A DNA stretch of 64,000 bases from the human T2T-CHM13v2.0 reference genome, Homo sapiens, in NCBI RefSeq assembly GCF_009914755.1, contig NC_060927.1. One strand, written 5' to 3'. Both the position numbers and the translations under genes were made by a program. Position 1 is the first letter of the stretch. Each line of letters opens with the position of its first letter. The notes under the pieces are model-generated. The model did not search any database and was not told where the DNA came from. It saw only the letters and a list, made by a program, of their open reading frames with translations. Below, piece after piece: positions 56,545 to 64,000 of this stretch.

Positions 56545-57399
56545 TGAGGTTGCCTTTTATGGCCCCAGTAGTAGCTGGGCTATGAGTAATTTATGGAGAC
56601 TCTGTAGGTTAGCCTGTTCTTTGGAGGTATGACTTGAGTGCTTTAGAATCTAATAAAGTGTTTCTCTGAAGCCATCAAGAGTCCTACTATGATGAACTTT
56701 TATGCCAACTAAGATTTCATTTAAGAAGATAGCATATCTGAAGCATAGTAGATTTTGTAGTAAAAATCTCAAATAACTTGATGTCTTTTTGCAAAGAGAT
56801 TGATTTTTGAGGGGCTCTGACATTTTGTGAATCAATTCAAAATAGAGAAATAAGTTGTCACCATTTAAACCCAAGTTTGACACAAATCCCTAAATGTGAT
56901 ATGTGCAATTGCATCTAAACATAAAAATCATAGACTTGTGACTCATTATTCTTATCTATCCACCTCAGAGTTAGTAGTTGAGTTTTTTTGTAGGCTTAGA
57001 GAATAATCATAACTCAGATAGTGGGTGCAACCTTTAAAATTTTACTAATAAATTGTTCAAGAACTAAATAGGCATTATAATATTTTCAGGCTAGTTTTTA
57101 CAATGACCCTTTAAAGACCGTTAGGATTTTCATAGTATTTTGCCATTATAAAATTGAGTTGGGTGGCTCAAGGTTAAAAATAAATTGATCTAGTGCATTA
57201 GCTGTATTTGTTGGTAATTATCCTAAACTTGGTATCAGTCTCTATTATTATAAATAAAAGTATAAAACACATAGTGAATTTTAAGAGTAGATGTATTATT
57301 ACACACAAATGAGATATAGAGTCCCTGCAATAGCTCAATGAATTAAAAAGAAAGTATTTGATTTGTCCTTGAAAGAGCTTAAAATTTCAATCTGCTGTT

Positions 57400-57560
57400 A
57401 GAATCAAAGAACTGCAAAGAACCTTTCAGATGATTAGTCAGTGCTTTATTTTGGAGAGGAGGAAACTGAGGCTCAGAGAGGCTAAGTGACTCACACAATC
57501 TCAGGAGCTAGCTAATGGCAGAGCTGGCCTTGATTCCAAGTCTACCAAGCCTCAGATAGT
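57400..57560 (-). mobile_element. MIR SINE
   Basis: gaggaaactgaggctcagagaggctaagtgact core. Confidence 0.75.
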
Positions 57561-57619
57561 GCTTTAGTTTTTTGGCAGCATTTTTGAGATGATGAAGTTT
57601 CCTTACTCTTCTGCTGGGC

Positions 57620-57896
57620 AATCAAAGCGTTTCAGTAATGATTTTCTGATGTTTTAGGTCTCCCACACCCCAGCCCCTTTCTGCCCAATTAGAGAGTCTG
57701 CCCAATTAAATCAGAATCTCTAGGATGAGTATACTCTTTTTCTAAGCTTCCCACGTTATTCCAAGGTGCATATATATTTGAAAACCAGTAGTTTGTGATT
57801 CAGACAGTCTAGGGTGCGGCCTGGGAAGTTTATATTTCAAACATGTTCCCAGGTGATACTGATGCTGCTGTCCCAGGTACCATTTAAGAACCACTG
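57620..57896. mobile_element. MER5A/MER5B remnants
   Basis: aattaaatcagaatctctagg and ccaggtgatactgatgctgctg...ttaagaaccactg motifs. Confidence 0.65.
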
Positions 57897-58309
57897 GTCT
57901 AATCTTTCTTACTCCATTCCTCTGCTTTTTAATCACTCACACAATGTCCTGAATCCTACCTTCTAAATATCCTCATATACAAGTCTCCTCTTCAGTTACT
58001 TGCCTCTGTCCTAATTCTCCCCTCTTGAAATTTCTTCCTCCCTGTGTTCTTGTTTCCAGTCTTACCCCCACACTAATCCATTTCTACATTGCTGCCAGAG
58101 TGATCTTTCTAAAAATATGTATATTATATAACCGTGACTCTACAGGTTTGAATTATTAATTTTAAGTGTGAAATTCCATGAATTTTATAGTCAAACTGCA
58201 TTTCTACTACTTATTCCATATTGTCCCCAACTCCAGCTCATTCTTTCTTGGTCCCCAGGAGAATCTTAGCACTCCTCCATCTTGCACAGAATTGAGTGTA
58301 GACTTCTGA

Positions 58310-58909
<600 letters not shown>

Positions 58910-59546
58910 TGAAAGAAATTAAGAGCTTTGAAATCTTAACTATCTAAAAATGTCAATATTTCTTCCAGACAAAATATTGTAAGCTATTATGCAAACATAA
59001 TTTAAAATGTTTAGGGTTTGATTTTCATCATAGTCGGGTACTTGTAATTGTATAGCAGAGTACATTGTGATCCTACATTAATGAGATGTATTTATGACAG
59101 TAATAGGCATATCATTCAAAACATTATTCTGTAACTTTGATGGTGACATTTTACTCCATTTACATAAATCGTGGGGAGTACACATATTCTCAAACTGAAA
59201 TTGAAAAGAAGATAATAATGTATTTTTAAAAGAACTCAATTTGAAACCCTAAATAAATTTTAAGGTCTGATTGTAATGTTAATCACCATTATGTATTATC
59301 TAAATATTTGCATATAAATTAATTTGGATTTAGGATGAACTGAAATTTATTAAAGGCCAATGTTACTGTATAAATACTGAATCTTTATATAAAAATCACA
59401 TACTGGGCTAAAAGCAGAAGCTTCCTATTTTCTCCATAGGATAAAATCAGCTCTCCTACCTGTGGTAAAGCACACCAGCATTGTGATGATAATATCATTC
59501 AAGGTGTTCCATTCTCCATGACCTAAGGGGTGGGCATGTGGCCCAA

Positions 59547-59598
59547 GCTAAGCCCATTGGCTTCTTCCTCCTGCTAAGCCCATTGGCTGCTTCCTCCT
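59547..59598. repeat. 26-bp tandem duplication
   Basis: GCTAAGCCCATTGGCT(T/G)CTTCCTCCT, two copies. Confidence 0.95.
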
Positions 59599-59689
59599 GT
59601 AATTTTGAAACCTGAGGAAATGAGGAAGAAAATGGTTGAAGCCAACTGATCTAAATGGCAGTGCCAAGGGTTGGTTAATCAGCGGTGCA

Positions 59690-59990
59690 ACATGCCTTCA
59701 AAGAACTAGGGTTTACCTTGTTTTATTGGACATCTAGTTTCTTCAGTGTGTAGACTTCTCTGAGAGCCAGGTTTACCTCATGGTCTCAAGATGGCTGCCA
59801 CGCATCCAGATATCACAAGACAATGTCTAAATGTGGAAAAGTTAATTTTCCTTTGTAATATCAAAGAACACTATTTACAAAATCTTACCACTAGGTTTTC
59901 TGTCATGTATTATTGGCCAAAATTGCCTTGTAAGTCCATTCTTAAACCAATCATGACAAAGCAAGTGGGATTACTATGATTGACTCTGTC
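59690..59990. mobile_element. Old MLT1-type MaLR LTR remnant
   Basis: caagatggctgcc...tattggccaaaattg...ttaaaccaatcatgac...gggattactatgattg motifs. Confidence 0.5.
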
Positions 59991-60194
59991 TGACTTCACA
60001 TGATTCTAATGTAGCCTCAGTACTTTTTGTTGTTGTTGGGAAAATATCCGAATTCAGCATAATGTGAAATAATTTCTTACTTTCATTTAGCTGTATTCTA
60101 GTTTCTTCAGTTATGTTCATATAGGAGAGACAATCTAACCCAAGTTTAGGAACACAAGCTCTTTCTTCATATTTCTGCTCTGTATTTGTTAGCA

Positions 60195-60315
60195 GTACCT
60201 CAGTTTTTCTAACTCTGTAGTAACTCCATAGGGCTATTGTGAGGACTAAGTGAGTTAATGTAAGCAAAGTTTTAGAACAGTATCTGGTACGTAGTAAGCT
60301 CTCAATACATGTCAA
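60195..60315 (+). mobile_element. MIR SINE 3' half
   Basis: catagggctattgtgaggactaagtgagttaatgtaagcaaagttttagaacagt...ctcaata. Confidence 0.75.
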
Positions 60316-61728
60316 TAAATTTTATTAGCTAAGGTAGAGGCAAGGGGTGGAGAGAGAAGCTTCTGGCATAACTTCAATTTACCACATTTCTAGGAAGATT
60401 CCAATTTGTATTTTCAGATATACTCATTTTGGACTACATTAGTCAAACAGATGATAATAATAACCACTATTTATTGGACATCTTTGATGTGTAAGGAAAT
60501 GGCTAGGAATTTTTTGTGTTTATTGTTTATAACCTCATGTCTATTCTGTGAGGCAATGGTCATAGAAATATTCTTTCCTTGTAATAACTTCTAACATGTT
60601 TTGAATTGTGATTCTAACCATAAAAAATCAATCGAAATAAATGGCAACAAGGTCAAGGTCAAGGATTTTTAATAAAACAGTTTTTATTATGAAAAATTAC
60701 ATACATTTAAAAACAGAAAGAAGAGGATAACGAACCCCCATTACCCAACTTCAACAGTTCTTAACTCATGGTCAGACTTGTTTCGTCTGTGCTCCACCAC
60801 TTCTTTCTAGATTATTTTAAAGCAAATTCCAGATACCACGGCTTTTCATCTGGAAATATTTTAGAATGTACTGTATTTTTCAAAGATAAACATTGCTTTT
60901 TAAAATCATACCATGACACATAAAAATACTAACAAGTTCTTATAAAAACAATTATCTAGACTGGATTTGTATTCTTTAATTGCCTCCTTTCTCTTTGGTG
61001 TGATAAGAAGTAATATTCTAGGCCCATTTTACATGTTTGCTGCACCCAAACTGGCAATGAATTATTTTTTAGTCAAGGTAAGTTTCAGGGTCAGCTTAAT
61101 GTGACTGATAAAGTCACATAATAGATAATCCTGCAACACAAATGGCCAAAGAATATTTGGGGTAGAAATATATTACTGGTGACTCTATTTTAAACCAGCA
61201 TTTGGGAAGTGAGCTATTGAGTGTTGATGACCTCTACTGATTGTAGTCTTTGGACTGAATTACGTTGAGTGGCTCCATTCATCTCCATAGATAATGTCAC
61301 AGGTGGTCCCTGGCTCTGCTTACTGGAGGCTTTTCAGACTCATCTGTCCTCCTAACATGTTTAGTTCTATGTGTAGACATAGTGCCTTGGAACAACTTCT
61401 CATCTTTCTTCCTGACCCCTTTGAGCTTGATTCTGTCTGTGAGTAGTTTATTTGGCATTGAGTTGCCCTCCTCCATGAATGTTATCCTTCCCCTCTGCCT
61501 AGGCTTCTTGCTGCACAGGGTGGGCTGACCCCACCTCACTCCTCACCCAGAAGAGTCTCCCAGGACCTCAGCCAAGGCAGTACTTTGTCCTTTCTTATTC
61601 TTAAAGAGGAGCTTGGAATTTTCTCAATAGTGTAATTCACAATCGTTAATATGTCTGAAAAGATGATATCACAATGATTTCCTCTAGGTTTTTGTGAGAG
61701 GAGAAAGATATCACCTTTGGACTAATAA

Positions 61729-62041
<313 letters not shown>

Positions 62042-63924
62042 CCAGATATTTCTGAAGAATAACTCTTAACATGTAAAAAGGAAATCTTTTAAATTAAAAT
62101 CTTTCAACTTAGTTACCAGTTTTAAAGGAGAGGTGCTCAATCTGTCTAATTCTACTGTGGCTTTTATCGTACTCCAGTGTTTTGTTATGTTCCTGTCTAT
62201 ATCCAAAGAGGGACAGAAAATTTTATCATTGTCTTATATCAGGTAAAAGTAAAACATGGGTCAAATATTTTCCTAAGTATACATCTCTTCATACATCATG
62301 GATAGCATATCTCTGAAGTGAGCTTGGGCCTAGTTGCCTAGAAAAATATTATGAAGTCACATAATAATGAGTCAAGTAAGACAGGTTTAAAAATCATGAT
62401 TTATTTCCCGTAAAAGAATCTTTAACAAGGCAAATTTCTCAAGAAATGGTAGCAGAGTCTGAGAAGCGTGGCTGAGAAAAGAAGTGATTTCATGTCTAAG
62501 AAGACTCTCAAATCATACAAATGTCCTTTTAAAACTTCACATCCTAGAATGTCAATTGTGGAAAGATCATTTACTATCTGTCACTTGCTATTAGATGTCT
62601 TTCTCACTTACTGGATTTAATCTTCACAACGGTCCAGAGGTAGTAGATATTCTTCTGTTATGCAGATCAGAGTAACATCTCAGAGAGGTTAATTACTACA
62701 TGCTGTATCACTCAGTCTGTTAGTGGCGGAACAGAAACTGAAAATCATGTTTGCTTGAGTACAAAGTTCATAATATTTCCATAACACAATATTACCTCAA
62801 AATTGCCTTAAGAGCCTAAAAATGTACTTATTTCTTATGCCTTAACCTCATTTCCTGTTCTTATTTACTGCACTTTGCATTAAAATAAAATCTCATTTCT
62901 GATATTTATCTTAGTTGTTTTATACTAGTGTAACATGACTATACTTCAAAGTAAGTAATTACTTTTATATTTGCCATAATGTGTGTGTCACTAGCAGTCA
63001 AAGAAAACATCAATTTTAATACTATCTGCACTTTGCATGAACCATTGTTAACTAAATTAATACATTCACATTTATTCCATAATGTTTTCAGGTCACAATA
63101 CTTAATGTACTTTTCAAACACAATGTAGCAAGCTATAAAATAGAGCACAATTATATTGAATGAGTTATAGTATCTAAAAGCAGGATCTGTCAAAGTGTCA
63201 AATAAGAAAAAGAAATGAAGCCACATATACAAGGCAAAAATCATTTATCCTTTATTAATCTGAGAAACGAGTACTGTGAAGTCCATAACATACCTTTGGA
63301 GAAAAATTTGCATTATCTTTGGTGACTTATTGATAAAATTGTAAATATTGATGTTTAAAAATTAAAAATGAAATTTCTTTCCTTTATAGGCTACAAATCT
63401 TGAATTTGGCTCACTGGGAAAATACTAGTTGAGGATTACCACGTAATACTTCTTAATTCAGATCATCAACATATTTTCCAGTCGTCAAACTAAAGTTAGT
63501 TTTATCTGATGCTAGAATATCTCAATGTTGTTGAATACAATGATTTTTTTTTTCTGGAAAAATCTTGATTAGATCTGCTGAAAAAAGACACAGTCGATTA
63601 CTTTTGTAAGGTACTGAAATATTAGAAGAAAACATTCTGCTTTTTCAAAAGCATTTGTTATAAGTTGTAATCAAAAGTTTTAATTGAAAGCCATGTTTTG
63701 ATGGTTTATTATGAGATTTTGCTGCATCAGTGATAGACATTAAGTTCAAATGAAACAAGTGCCTTTGATTCTCTAAAATATATGCATAGTAATAGTCCTT
63801 TAGCGATAATCAAGAAGTTTTTATTTAACAGTTTTTTATCTGATTAGTCTAATTCCTTTTTCTTAGAATTGTTTCTTTATCTAAAATACGAGTGCCGGTT
63901 GTTGACTGGGGGAGCTTTATCCTC

Positions 63925-64000
63925 CGTATTCATTTCCTAGGACCACCATAACAAATTACCACAAACTTGGTGGTTTAAAATAACAGAAATGTATTCTCAC
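63925..64000 (-). mobile_element. MLT1-type LTR, cut by the window end
   Basis: gtattcatttcctagg...cataacaaattaccacaaacttggtggtttaaaataacagaaatgtattctcac. Confidence 0.8.

Overview
Primate genomic DNA, very probably human (inferred from Alu, L1PA, L1PB, THE1 and MER repeats and a recognisable protein). It holds the 5' three coding exons of the orphan class A GPCR GPR149 on the minus strand: exon 1 CDS 33577-32597, exon 2 31670-31478 and exon 3 25453-25005. These give 541 codons with consistent GT-AG phases; the remaining coding sequence must lie below position 1. Positions 1-25004 are intron 3, and about 34.2-64 kb is upstream intergenic DNA. The rest is mostly transposon fossils: two full-length dead L1s (L1PB-type on +, L1PA4-type on -), truncated L1s, Alus, MaLR/ERVL LTRs, hAT and Tigger DNA transposons, MIR, L2 and L3. 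I found no evidence for a new multi-gene system. The best leads are: (i) a dense uORF array before GPR149, including two uORFs in frame with the CDS that both end in TGA-C; (ii) a split RE1/NRSE-like motif inside exon 3; (iii) two, possibly three, L1 3'-transduction scars; (iv) a twin-primed L1 with a 19-bp inverted piece; and (v) several palindromes and repair scars. Repeat subfamily names come from my recollection of consensus sequences and need RepeatMasker/Dfam confirmation.
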